IMG/VR virus record: IMGVR_UViG_3300042983_000001
Coordinates: 1 to 49,061 of that record
From: a virus
Taxonomy: Duplodnaviria; Caudoviricetes
Length of the DNA stretch: 49,061 bases
Direction: 5' to 3' (one strand)
A program made the position numbers and the translations under genes. Below the pieces are notes generated by a model. It did not search any database and had not been told where the DNA came from. It saw only the letters and a program-made list of their open reading frames with translations. Position 1 is the stretch's first letter, and each line of letters opens with the position of its first letter. Shown here piece after piece: positions 28,679-36,963 of this stretch.

Positions 28679-29883
28679 AGGAAAAACGCCTCTAACTTTT
28701 GACACACGAACTCAAGCATTTCCTCGCTCAATCCAGGCCACACGCCGAGCCATAGCGAATCGTTCATGACCCGATCAGTATTCAAAAGGTCGCCATGGAC
28801 ACGGAACTTTCTGCCCTTCATATACGGTTGCTTTATTATATTTCCTGCGAACAGCAATCTCGTGTCGATTCTGTGACTCGACAAATACTCCTGCAGCGCC
28901 GCTCGCTCCCCATGCCTCTTGATCGTGATCGCAAACCCAAACCATGACGGGTCGGAATTATGAGTCGCTTCCGGCAAGATGACGAAATCCTGCAAGCCCT
29001 CAAGTCTCTTTCGTAGAAATGCCCAGTTTCTTTTTCTCGTCGCGATGAATTCCGGAAGCTTTTCGATCTGAGCCAATCCGCAGGCCGCCTGCATGTCAGT
29101 CATCTTCAGGTTGTAACCCAAGTTCGAATAGGTGTACTTGTGGTCATAGCCGTAAGGCAAAGACCCCAGTTGCCAATCGAATCTCTTCCCGCAGGTATTG
29201 TTATTTCCCGGTTCGCACCAACAATCACGCCCCCAGTCGCGAATAGATTCTATGATCTGCTTCAGCTCTGGCCTACTGGTAAAAACGGCCCCGCCTTCGC
29301 CTGTCGTAATGTGGTGCGCTGGATAAAAGCTGCACGTAGAAATCTGCCCGAATGTCCCGACATTTTGACCCTCGAACTTAGAACCCAGCGCATCGCAACA
29401 GTCCTCTATCAGCCAGACTTCATATTTATCGGCGATGTGTTTCACTTGAGCTAAATTGAACGGATTGCCCAAGGTATGCGCTAGAACGATAGCGCCAGTC
29501 TTACTCGTCATCGACTCTTCCAAGCGCAAGGTATCGACGTTGTAAGTCGGGAGGGTGATGTCAACAAACACCGGGACTAATCCGTTCTGTAGGATGGGAT
29601 TTATAGTAGTCGGAAATCCAGCCGCTACGGTTACAATTTCATCACCTGGAACAATTCGCTTCGCAACCGCACTTACCGCAAGCAGATTCGCCGATGAACC
29701 AGAATTCGCGGTTAGGGCATGCCCGGTCCCCATGAACTGGGCGAGCTTCGATTCAAAGGCTTCGTTGAATCTCCCACTTGTCAACCAGCCGTCTTCAACG
29801 GCTTCGTGCATCAGAGCTTTTTCTGCAGCTCCGACAATCTTCCCGCTAGATGGAATAGGGGTTACACCCGGTTCAAACGCCAA
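28675..29883 (-). CDS. rfbH: CDP-4-keto-6-deoxyglucose 3-dehydrase E1 (RfbH/DdhC)
   Basis: 'SFYPAHHITTGEGG' (His in place of the PLP Lys) and Fe-S motif 'GRDCWCEPG...TCGKRF'; 'YDHKYTYS'. Confidence 0.9.
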   Translation of the reverse strand: MAFEPGVTPIPSSGKIVGAAEKALMHEAVEDGWLTSGRFNEAFESKLAQFMGTGHALTANSGSSANLLAVSAVAKRIVPGDEIVTVAAGFPTTINPILQNGLVPVFVDITLPTYNVDTLRLEESMTSKTGAIVLAHTLGNPFNLAQVKHIADKYEVWLIEDCCDALGSKFEGQNVGTFGQISTCSFYPAHHITTGEGGAVFTSRPELKQIIESIRDWGRDCWCEPGNNNTCGKRFDWQLGSLPYGYDHKYTYSNLGYNLKMTDMQAACGLAQIEKLPEFIATRKRNWAFLRKRLEGLQDFVILPEATHNSDPSWFGFAITIKRHGERAALQEYLSSHRIDTRLLFAGNIIKQPYMKGRKFRVHGDLLNTDRVMNDSLWLGVWPGLSEEMLEFVCQKLEAFFL

Positions 29884-30232
29884 GCCAAAGACCCTTTCTT
29901 TTTAGCCCGAGAACTAGATTCTCTTTTGCATCCTCAATAGCTCTATGGAATGGATACCTCTCCGAAAACCGATAAACCGCATTCAAGTATTCATGGTGAA
30001 TTGCACAGGACTGTGCTGGGACCAGATCGCGAATTACGGCATTGGTCACTGCCGCTAAAGTCCTGTCGGCTGCATCACACATATTGTCGAAGTCGCTGTT
30101 GATGGTCCAGTTCACAGTCCCCGGCGTTTGGTGAGGAAATCCATCAGGAAGACCTCCGGACCTCATCCATCGCGCCCAGTTGATACAGTACCAATCGATC
30201 CACTCAACATCATGGAATGTCATACTTCCCAT
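29873..30232 (-). CDS. Late antiterminator Q-like protein
   Basis: 'NWARWM' and 'AVIRDL...AIHHEYL'; canonical position after the nuclease gene. Confidence 0.6.
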   Translation of the reverse strand: MGSMTFHDVEWIDWYCINWARWMRSGGLPDGFPHQTPGTVNWTINSDFDNMCDAADRTLAAVTNAVIRDLVPAQSCAIHHEYLNAVYRFSERYPFHRAIEDAKENLVLGLKRKGLWLGV

Positions 30233-30236
30233 GGCT

Positions 30237-30548
30237 TCAAGCCGACTCCAGGATCGCTTGAGCGTCGCACACAGACCGAGCTACACCGGCAATGCCGCCG
30301 GCCTCTTTGACACGATTCAGGAAGCTCTCCTGCGATTTGGTCAGCCTTCCACGCTTGGACTTGCACTCGATCGCCAAGAATCGCCCCGTCTTTGTGAAGC
30401 CCACGAAATCGCTAACCCCTTCATGACCAAACCTAATAAATCTGTGTTCAGCGTGAAACGCCCCGTTGTTGTGGCGCCAGCAATAAGCGACTTTAGGGTG
30501 GAGTCCCAGCAGCTGGCCTACCGCTTTCAGGATTTGGGCTTCGCTCAT
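30237..30548 (-). CDS. VRR-NUC nuclease (resolvase-like)
   Basis: 'GVSDFVG...FLAIECK...GRLTKSQ..F'. Confidence 0.85.
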   Translation of the reverse strand: MSEAQILKAVGQLLGLHPKVAYCWRHNNGAFHAEHRFIRFGHEGVSDFVGFTKTGRFLAIECKSKRGRLTKSQESFLNRVKEAGGIAGVARSVCDAQAILESA

Positions 30549-30570
30549 GTTCGCTAAGTCATTGATTTCG

Positions 30571-30616
30571 TGTTATACAAAAAAAGCTTGCATTCCCTAA
30601 TATTCTGTTATACACT
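30571..30616 (+). promoter_or_regulatory. Moron promoter with duplicated operator-like TGTTATACA
   Basis: TTGCAT(30588)-N17-TACACT(30611); TGTTATACA at 30571-30579 and 30606-30614. Confidence 0.7.
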
Positions 30617-30715
30617 GAATTCGTGGTCACCCGATCACACACCCGCCCAGCGGTGAGTAGCTGGGCCCTGATCCAGGCCAGGAGCGCCGCGGAACCAAGA
30701 TAGGGGTAACAGATC

Positions 30716-31225
30716 ATGGCTAAATACTCGATCGATTACGCGTGCGGCCACGGCAGTTTCGAGGAGCAGCTTTTCGGCCCGGGCAAAGATCGCGAGCGCA
30801 AAATCGAATGGCTCGGAAGCAACAAGGTGTGCCCGGATTGCTACAAATCCAAGATGCAAGCGCAGCGCCAGGCTGAGCAATTTTCGGCCGAGGTAATTTT
30901 CAACGCCTTCTCGGGCGGCGTGTGGCTCGCAATCACCAAGGGCGATACCTACTCGATTAAAGATGCGCTCAAGTCCATCGGCTGCCGTTGGCGCGAATAT
31001 TCGGCCAACACCGACATTCTCGGCATGCGCGCCCCGAAAAAATCGTGGATGCTCTTTGTGGCGAAAACTCCGGAAGCAGAAGGTTTTGCGACCACGCTCC
31101 AAGCAGCATTTGATCTGCTCGCAAAGCACGGCATCGCAATTGCGAAACTCGACGAATCGCCGTTCGCCGCAATGAGCTACATTGTGGCCGCCAACCTCGC
31201 GAAAAAGGAAATCAAACATGCGTAG
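30716..31225 (+). CDS. Hypothetical Zn-binding protein (moron gene 1)
   Basis: 'CGH...CPDC' and 'GDTYSIKDALKSIGCRW'; RBS AGGGG. Confidence 0.7.
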   Translation: MAKYSIDYACGHGSFEEQLFGPGKDRERKIEWLGSNKVCPDCYKSKMQAQRQAEQFSAEVIFNAFSGGVWLAITKGDTYSIKDALKSIGCRWREYSANTDILGMRAPKKSWMLFVAKTPEAEGFATTLQAAFDLLAKHGIAIAKLDESPFAAMSYIVAANLAKKEIKHA

Positions 31226-31457
31226 CACCATCATCATCACCAAGCGCGGCGATGGATACATTTCGTCCGTGTCCGGGAAATTCGGCGGAGGGCATCAGGG
31301 CGCGCGTTGCGGCCTCACGCCGTTCGAGGCCGCGGCAAAAGCGGCCGAGTACATGATCGGGTACGCGCAGTCCAACCCGGAGGGCGGCGACCTCATGGCC
31401 CCGCCCGAGGTGCTGGAACTCGTGCCGGCGCATTTGCGCTCGATTGCGGCAACCTAA
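31218..31457 (+). CDS. Hypothetical protein (moron gene 2)
   Basis: RBS AAGGA; overlaps gene 1. Confidence 0.6.
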   Translation: MRSTIIITKRGDGYISSVSGKFGGGHQGARCGLTPFEAAAKAAEYMIGYAQSNPEGGDLMAPPEVLELVPAHLRSIAAT

Positions 31458-31590
31458 CCCCGCTGCCTCGTGCAGCACGCCCGGCCCGCGGCGAGTTGCG
31501 GGCCACAGATAGGAGATAGCGAGCTGTTTGCCTGACCCATGCGCCGCTTCCCCGCCCGCTCCACCCTCCCCATGACGCGCGAGTCCTGAC

Positions 31591-31779
31591 ATGCCGAAAA
31601 AACCCAAGCCCAAGCGCGGCGCCCCGCCTGGCCCGCGCGTCTCAGACGCCTTGCGCCGAGAGCTGATCGCCGTGCGCCTTGAGCACTGGATGGTCGTGTG
31701 GATGCGCTCGCGCGACGAGACGCAGACCGAGCTGATTGAGGAGGCGCTCAAGGAGAAGCACCGGCTGAGGGCGCCGTAG
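31591..31779 (+). CDS. Putative ribbon-helix-helix DNA-binding protein (moron gene 3)
   Basis: 'RGAPP...LIAVRLEHWMVVWM...QTELIEEAL'. Confidence 0.6.
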   Translation: MPKKPKPKRGAPPGPRVSDALRRELIAVRLEHWMVVWMRSRDETQTELIEEALKEKHRLRAP

Positions 31780-31870
31780 GACATTTGGGCTTCGCTCATG
31801 CACTCGTGGCGGTGCAATTCCGAATACGTCGGCGCTGGCGTCTCTGTGCAGTCCTGGCAAAAGCATGCCG

Positions 31871-32206
31871 TCATCGCTTCCTCGGCTTTCCGCGAGAAGT
31901 CAGGCCAATCGCAATTAGCCTTGCGCCCTTCTTTCTCGCCCACACTCGTTGATACGCCCTCACACGCTCCAAATTCCTTTCCTTGTATTCGCGGCTTGTA
32001 ATCCTCCGCCTTTCAAGATTTGCTGCCTGCCAAGCCCTTTTCCTGGCCCTAGCGAGTTCCTTGTTTCTCAGATACCACCGTCTGTAATTGGCGCGTTTCC
32101 TGGCAAGGTGGCGCTCCTTTTTCCTACCAGGATCGTCCGCATACACCCGCCTTCCAGGTGGAACGCGAACCGTCTGCTCGCCGCGAAGGAGTTCCGCCCA
32201 GTTCAT
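31871..32206 (-). CDS. Basic helical hypothetical protein
   Basis: R/K-rich; coupled overlaps. Confidence 0.6.
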   Translation of the reverse strand: MNWAELLRGEQTVRVPPGRRVYADDPGRKKERHLARKRANYRRWYLRNKELARARKRAWQAANLERRRITSREYKERNLERVRAYQRVWARKKGARLIAIGLTSRGKPRKR

Positions 32207-32475
32207 TCGTCATCCCATCCCCAGGCCCGCAACCACGTGGCGGGATACGGTATAAATTGCGGCTCGTCAGAACGCCATGCGCCAGTCTGCAAATTCTTCT
32301 CAATCGTCGCTAGAATCTTCTCAATAGGCGGCCTAACCTTGGCCGTCTGCATCCAAGCTCTTTGCGCATCACCCCAAGACTTTTTCCTAGGGTAAGCAGC
32401 CTTGAATAGCTCGAACCCAGTTAACTCTGGCCTTTCCTGTATTAGCTCTAGAACTTTTCCCATGTCTTTTATCAT
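32203..32475 (-). CDS. Short replication-initiator C-terminal-like protein
   Basis: 'FELFKAAYPRKKSWGDAQRAW...FIPYPATWL...W.DE'. Confidence 0.65.
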   Translation of the reverse strand: MIKDMGKVLELIQERPELTGFELFKAAYPRKKSWGDAQRAWMQTAKVRPPIEKILATIEKNLQTGAWRSDEPQFIPYPATWLRAWGWDDE

Positions 32476-32645
32476 TTGCCCGGTGGTGAACGCACCTAGC
32501 CCATCCCAGGTGCGCCTTCAGTCATTGCCCACGGCGGAGCCACGACACCCGGCAGCCTTATCGCCCAAGCGGTGCTGCCTTCGCCGCCGCCGCCGGTATC
32601 TCAGGGCTTCCCACAGTCCCGGCCTATCACTCGCGCCCCCTGTCG

Positions 32646-33140
32646 TTAAACCATGTCCGACGGGACGGAGTTGTAATCCTTGAGCCATTCCTCATCGATT
32701 TGGGGTTCTGGCGGTTTCTTCGAAATCTCCGCTTCTATCTTCCTGCCTAATTTCTGGCTAGAGAATTTCTCTATTGCCTGGCATGCGCTAAGCGTTTCCT
32801 TTGGCACGAACCATTTGCCTTTGTAGCGACAACGAGAAACCGGAAGCGGCGCCAGCTCATACGTCGGGCTGGCGTTGTTCGATATGCCGTTGTGCAGAAC
32901 AAGCACGATAGCTTCGCCGCCGCCGGCTTGAACTCGGTCACAGACTCTCTCAAGGGCGAGCCTCTGCCCATTGGGCAATTCGGCTCCGAGATGTTTCGTC
33001 TCCATGAAGATAAAGACCTCGTCATCGAACTCGATAAAGCCGTCGATGTCCGTTGGCGTGATAGTCCCGAAGCGCATACCTTTGAAGTCCGCACGCTGCC
33101 GAGCGAATCGGATATTGCGAATAACGCCGCGCTCAGTCAT
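32646..33140 (-). CDS. Putative PD-(D/E)XK nuclease-fold protein
   Basis: 'PTDIDGFIEF...FIFMETK...GQRLALER'. Confidence 0.5.
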   Translation of the reverse strand: MTERGVIRNIRFARQRADFKGMRFGTITPTDIDGFIEFDDEVFIFMETKHLGAELPNGQRLALERVCDRVQAGGGEAIVLVLHNGISNNASPTYELAPLPVSRCRYKGKWFVPKETLSACQAIEKFSSQKLGRKIEAEISKKPPEPQIDEEWLKDYNSVPSDMV

Positions 33141-34039
33141 GAGGATTTAAGCGGGAAAGAAATACAGCCGAACTCGGAAAATCTCGCAGCGAAACTCTTG
33201 GCGCGCTTGCCAAAATAGAAGAACGTCTGGCCTAATGGCGGCGAAGCTGTGAAGCCATCGGAACGCTCAAAGTTGACGCGCCCTCTTGTGTGCATGAATG
33301 CCGTACAAGCTCCATGCGCTTCATGCCACCAAGCCGTATCGCAAGAGTTATGCGTTAGAAGCACCGCCTCTGTGACTGAGCGAGACGCCACGGACACGAC
33401 AAGGCGCGTGACGAACTCGGCGATGGCTTGGCCGTATGGCGGATTGAGCCACACTCGCCCGCCCCATTCTTGCTCTAAACCGCTCTCAGTGAAATACTGC
33501 TTGGCGCGGACGGTCTTCTGCGCGGCTTCTGATGTGGCAGGATCTAGGTCAATGCTGCCCATGAGCTTTCTGGCGGCCTCGATGTATTCTGCTGGCGTGT
33601 ACCATTCGATCTCGCCAGTGAAGGCGTTTCGGTGCTTGTTACCGTAGAACGGCGAAAGCGTGATGAAGATGTTCGGATCTGGCGAGTCTCGAAGATCGGA
33701 AATTCGCGCCTCGAATTCAGACTCTGGAATAGCGGCTACGGATTGCCAGCGCTCTGCGGTATCTCGTGATATGCCTGCCTCATCGCAAAAACTAGCCGCA
33801 GCGGTGCGGGTAGTTTTCCCCCTGCCTCCTTTTTCGCGCGGCAACTCTGCTATCAACGCGCCAGTAACGCGAACCGACCGCACCATCTTTTCGGCGTACT
33901 TGTTGACGATGCCGCGCTCCGCGCCGACAGCACGCGCCATTGCTACGGCCTTGTGGAATGTTTTGACGAATTGCGCGCCCTGCTCCGGCGTCTCGATGAG
34001 CGCCAGGTTGAGTTTGTCGGCGACGACAAGTTGATTCAC
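33137..34039 (-). CDS. Phage N6-adenine DNA methyltransferase with N-terminal HTH-like domain
   Basis: 'EWYTP', 'IDLDPA', 'VWLNPPYG', 'TAWWH', 'GRVNF'; GTG start at 34039 overlaps the cII stop. Confidence 0.85.
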   Translation of the reverse strand: MNQLVVADKLNLALIETPEQGAQFVKTFHKAVAMARAVGAERGIVNKYAEKMVRSVRVTGALIAELPREKGGRGKTTRTAAASFCDEAGISRDTAERWQSVAAIPESEFEARISDLRDSPDPNIFITLSPFYGNKHRNAFTGEIEWYTPAEYIEAARKLMGSIDLDPATSEAAQKTVRAKQYFTESGLEQEWGGRVWLNPPYGQAIAEFVTRLVVSVASRSVTEAVLLTHNSCDTAWWHEAHGACTAFMHTRGRVNFERSDGFTASPPLGQTFFYFGKRAKSFAARFSEFGCISFPLKSS

Positions 34040-34422
34040 TTCGCCACCTTCAGGCGCAGCTCTTCGATCCGCGGTTCCAGCGTTGCTTCTTTTTTCTTCG
34101 TCGCCAGATATTCCCGCAGGAGCTTGGTGAGTTCGTCTTCCGGCTCTATCGGGAGCGGGATTGAATACCCGGCCTCGGCGCAGAAATAGTTCATCGCCTC
34201 GTGACAGCCGGCCTCGCGCGCCCATTTCATGAGCAGGAGAACTTGCTGAGGATCGAGCTTCGCGAGGCGGTCTTTGTTGAGACAGTCGTTCAGGTAGGAC
34301 TGCGCGTCCGACATTGTTTTTTCAGGCCATAGCTTGATGCCGACCGCTTTTGTTCCACCGAGACACTTCACCGCCGACTTCAGGGCGTCGTACAAATCTT
34401 CGTGGAAAAGCGCCTGTTGCAT
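34036..34422 (-). CDS. CII-like regulator
   Basis: 'GGTKAVGIKLWPEK...LNDCLNKDR..KL'; downstream of cro. Confidence 0.65.
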   Translation of the reverse strand: MQQALFHEDLYDALKSAVKCLGGTKAVGIKLWPEKTMSDAQSYLNDCLNKDRLAKLDPQQVLLLMKWAREAGCHEAMNYFCAEAGYSIPLPIEPEDELTKLLREYLATKKKEATLEPRIEELRLKVAK

Positions 34423-34505
34423 CAGGGTTTACGAACCCTTGCGAAACTTACGTAAGCCTTCGTAAAGCCGAACGCAGAGAAAAAAAATAGAGTGCGCGTC
34501 ATGGC

Positions 34506-34700
34506 TCAACGAAGAAACCGCTCCACAGCCGGAAATCGTGCCAAGCCGCTCGCAACGACGAAGTGCGTCATGCCCTTGGCTTTGTCGATCGCTTCCGAGC
34601 CGCTGTGAGCTTCAACCGTTCCGACTGCGACGAACCTTGCGCGCGACGCGCCCTCTTGGTCCGTGGACGGCTGGAGCTGCTGGTAGACGGTGTATTTCAT
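34506..34700 (-). CDS. Small hypothetical protein
   Basis: ATGA-coupled to cro. Confidence 0.55.
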   Translation of the reverse strand: MKYTVYQQLQPSTDQEGASRARFVAVGTVEAHSGSEAIDKAKGMTHFVVASGLARFPAVERFLR

Positions 34701-34909
34701 GCAATGGCCCGTTTCTTTTCCCGCAGGATTTCTTCAGCGGTGACGACCTTTTTAGACTTGCGCTCGACGTGAATCGAGCGGCTAAGCGGGATGCCGTAGG
34801 TCAGCCAAAGACGGATCGCTTCGGGGCTGACCTTCATCGCTTCGGCGGCTTCTACTCTGCCGCCGTAATGATCGACTAGCCGCTTGGCCAGCGCATTGGA
34901 TTCGGGCAT
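34697..34909 (-). CDS. cro: Cro/YdaS-like HTH protein
   Basis: 70 aa, 'YGGRVEAAEAMKVSPEAIRLW...GIP'; divergent from the repressor. Confidence 0.8.
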   Translation of the reverse strand: MPESNALAKRLVDHYGGRVEAAEAMKVSPEAIRLWLTYGIPLSRSIHVERKSKKVVTAEEILREKKRAIA

Positions 34910-34916
34910 GCCAACT

Positions 34917-34990
34917 AAAATACCAAGTTTTGCTTGCCATTGCAAGCGATGCTTGCCGAAGGTGCCAGGCGCAAGTTTTTCTTGTAGCCT
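34917..34990. promoter_or_regulatory. OR switch: three CAAG-N5-CTTG operators with PR and PRM
   Basis: Operators at 34924-34936, 34943-34955, 34972-34984; PR (minus) TTGCAA-N17-TATTTT; PRM -10 TAGCCT at 34985-34990. Confidence 0.85.
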
Positions 34991-34997
34991 GCCCTGC

Positions 34998-35363
34998 ATG
35001 GAAGAGCGGATCGGCGACCGGATCAGGCGTGAGCGGATACTTCGCGGCTGGAAGCGGCCGCGGGTGATCCAGGAGCTGGAAAAGCACGGGGTCGAGCTAA
35101 CCGCCGAGGCCATCCGGCGCTATGAGATGCACAAGGACAATCCCGGCAAGGATGTCAGGCGGGGCCTGTCAATGGTGTTCGGGAAAGACGAGGCGTATCT
35201 AGAATTCGGCTATTCAATCAAGCCCCCTAAAGGCGAGGGGCTATCGGGAAAAGAACTACAAATCGCCGCAGAATTTAGGGAATGTTCGCCGGATATTCAG
35301 GATATTATAGAGGCCCTGCTCATTGTTGGGCGCCGCAAAATAGTGCGGAGCGTGCGAAGGTAA
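34998..35363 (+). CDS. cI: CI-like XRE repressor without peptidase domain
   Basis: 'IGDRIRRERILRGW...AIRRYE...NP'; 121 aa. Confidence 0.8.
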   Translation: MEERIGDRIRRERILRGWKRPRVIQELEKHGVELTAEAIRRYEMHKDNPGKDVRRGLSMVFGKDEAYLEFGYSIKPPKGEGLSGKELQIAAEFRECSPDIQDIIEALLIVGRRKIVRSVRR

Positions 35364-35424
35364 CTGTAAACTGGAATAATTTCGGTGGTCGTGTTATTAG
35401 CCGTGGTAGGGGGATGACAATAGC

Positions 35425-35622
35425 ATGCGCTCCTACCAGCTGAAACCCGACGAGGTCGAGCATATCGACAGTCTGCGTTTGGTGTCGCCGTCCCAAAGGC
35501 GCGCGATCATCGCCTCTACCGCCTTGCTGGCGAAGAGGAAGGCCAACCAGACCCAGGCCAACAATGTCGTTCCGCTGCGTCGAAAATCTGACGCCTACAC
35601 GGATATCCTAACCCCTAAGTAG
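35425..35622 (+). CDS. Small protein downstream of the repressor
   Basis: 65 aa with G-rich RBS; 'NNVVPLRR'. Confidence 0.6.
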   Translation: MRSYQLKPDEVEHIDSLRLVSPSQRRAIIASTALLAKRKANQTQANNVVPLRRKSDAYTDILTPK

Positions 35623-35662
35623 CTATTTCGCGAGCCCCCGCGCGATCGTTTGCCCAATAGCA

Positions 35663-35701
35663 CAAGTTTCGCTTGCGTTCACAAGTTTCTCTTGCTATGC
35701 T
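35663..35701 (+). promoter_or_regulatory. OL/PL: two CAAG-N5-CTTG operators over an early promoter
   Basis: Operators at 35663-35675 and 35682-35694; TTGCGT-N17-TATGCT. Confidence 0.85.
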
Positions 35702-35747
35702 CCTCTCCATCCGCTCCCGAACCTGGGAGCACCACGGGGAGAACGAC

Positions 35748-36912
35748 ATGGCAAAGCAAGTGACCGTCAATTTCTGGCGCTGCAATGTCACCAAGCAAAT
35801 ACGGATCGGCTATTGGCGCGATAACGGCGTGTTTGAAACGCTCTCGACAGTACGCGTGAAGGGGCGGGAATACTCGGACGCCGAAGTCCGCGTCGCGATG
35901 GCAGCTGTCAAGGAATCCTTGACAGCTCAGGGGGCGGCATGAGCTACCAGCCCACAGACCGCGAGCGCGAGTCCCACAAATCCGACAGCAAGCCGCGCGA
36001 TCCGTACAGCGAAGCCGCCATCACCGCCATGCTCACCGGACTGAAGCTGATCGAGGAAGCGCTCCCGGATTACGAGGAACGCGAGCCACGGCAGAGCGGG
36101 AAGACCATCGATGAATACGCGGATGATCCTCGTAGGGGGCAGGCCAATTCTATCAACAGGAGCGGGCGCTGATGGACGCCAAGACCTTGACTGCCTTGCA
36201 AGGCAGCATTATGAAATGGGAAAAGATCGTCGCCGGAACCGGCGTAGATCGCGGGACTGAAAATTGCCCACTTTGCGAGATGTTTTTCAACGAAGACTAC
36301 TTCAACGAAGAGCCTTGCAACGGCTGCCCAGTCGCAAAGAAAACAGGGAAACTATATTGCTACGGCACACCGTATGGCGCATACGCCAACCTATGCGACT
36401 GGGGAGGCAAAGCGGGAGAGCCCGCGACAATGCAAGAACAAAAAGCCGCCGCTCAAGCCGAGCTCGATTTCCTCAGGAGCCTATTGCCATGATCCTGCGC
36501 CGATACGTTCCTGGTCCAGAAAAAACGGTGTGCCCGAATCAAACCTGTCGGCACCGCGAGGCTTCCATCGTTTGCAGCATATGCAAAGCCGACAAGATGA
36601 GCGAGGCGCGGCCGTGTTTTCTTTACCGCGACGAGGTCTGTACGTGCACTGGGCAGTGTGTTCGGGTGGCGGCAGCGTGAAGCCCTGCGTCGAGCACATG
36701 TTAGTAGCTTTGGCCTTTTGTTTGCTGATACGGCTGATATGGGGATGGAGATGAAGCCGACGAAGTCAGTATTGGACCGTGGATTCCATTACACGAGCGC
36801 CAGCATGACAAGCGTCCGCAAGACCTGGGATCGACTCGTGCCGGGCTGGAACAAGAGGAAGAAACCCGAGCCCAAGGTGGGCGTGGTGCGGCCGATAAAG
36901 AGGACAGCATGA
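35748..36912 (+). CDS. Run of small early genes (35748-35942, 35939-36172, 36172-36492, 36489-36680, 36751-36912)
   Basis: Tightly coupled start/stop overlaps; several are Cys-rich. Confidence 0.6.
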
Positions 36913-36963
36913 GCTGGTGGCAAGCGCAATGCCTTCTTGAGCAGGAACAACAGGAGAACGAGC

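Larger units (their letters stand above)
30532..31800 (+). mobile_element. 1.25-kb moron/mini-island flanked by 18-bp direct repeats ATTTGGGCTTCGCTCATG (30532-30549, 31783-31800)
   Basis: Exact repeat; three plus-strand genes with their own promoter inside a minus-strand operon. Confidence 0.75.

Noticed and set aside
31212-31943. 243-aa minus-strand ORF across the mini-island
   Set aside because: Read-through of the interrupted gene's 5' fragment into the antisense strand of the island genes.
34423-34470. Short TT(A/G)CG repeats upstream of cII
   Set aside because: Possibly CII-type binding sites, but too short and degenerate to support a call.
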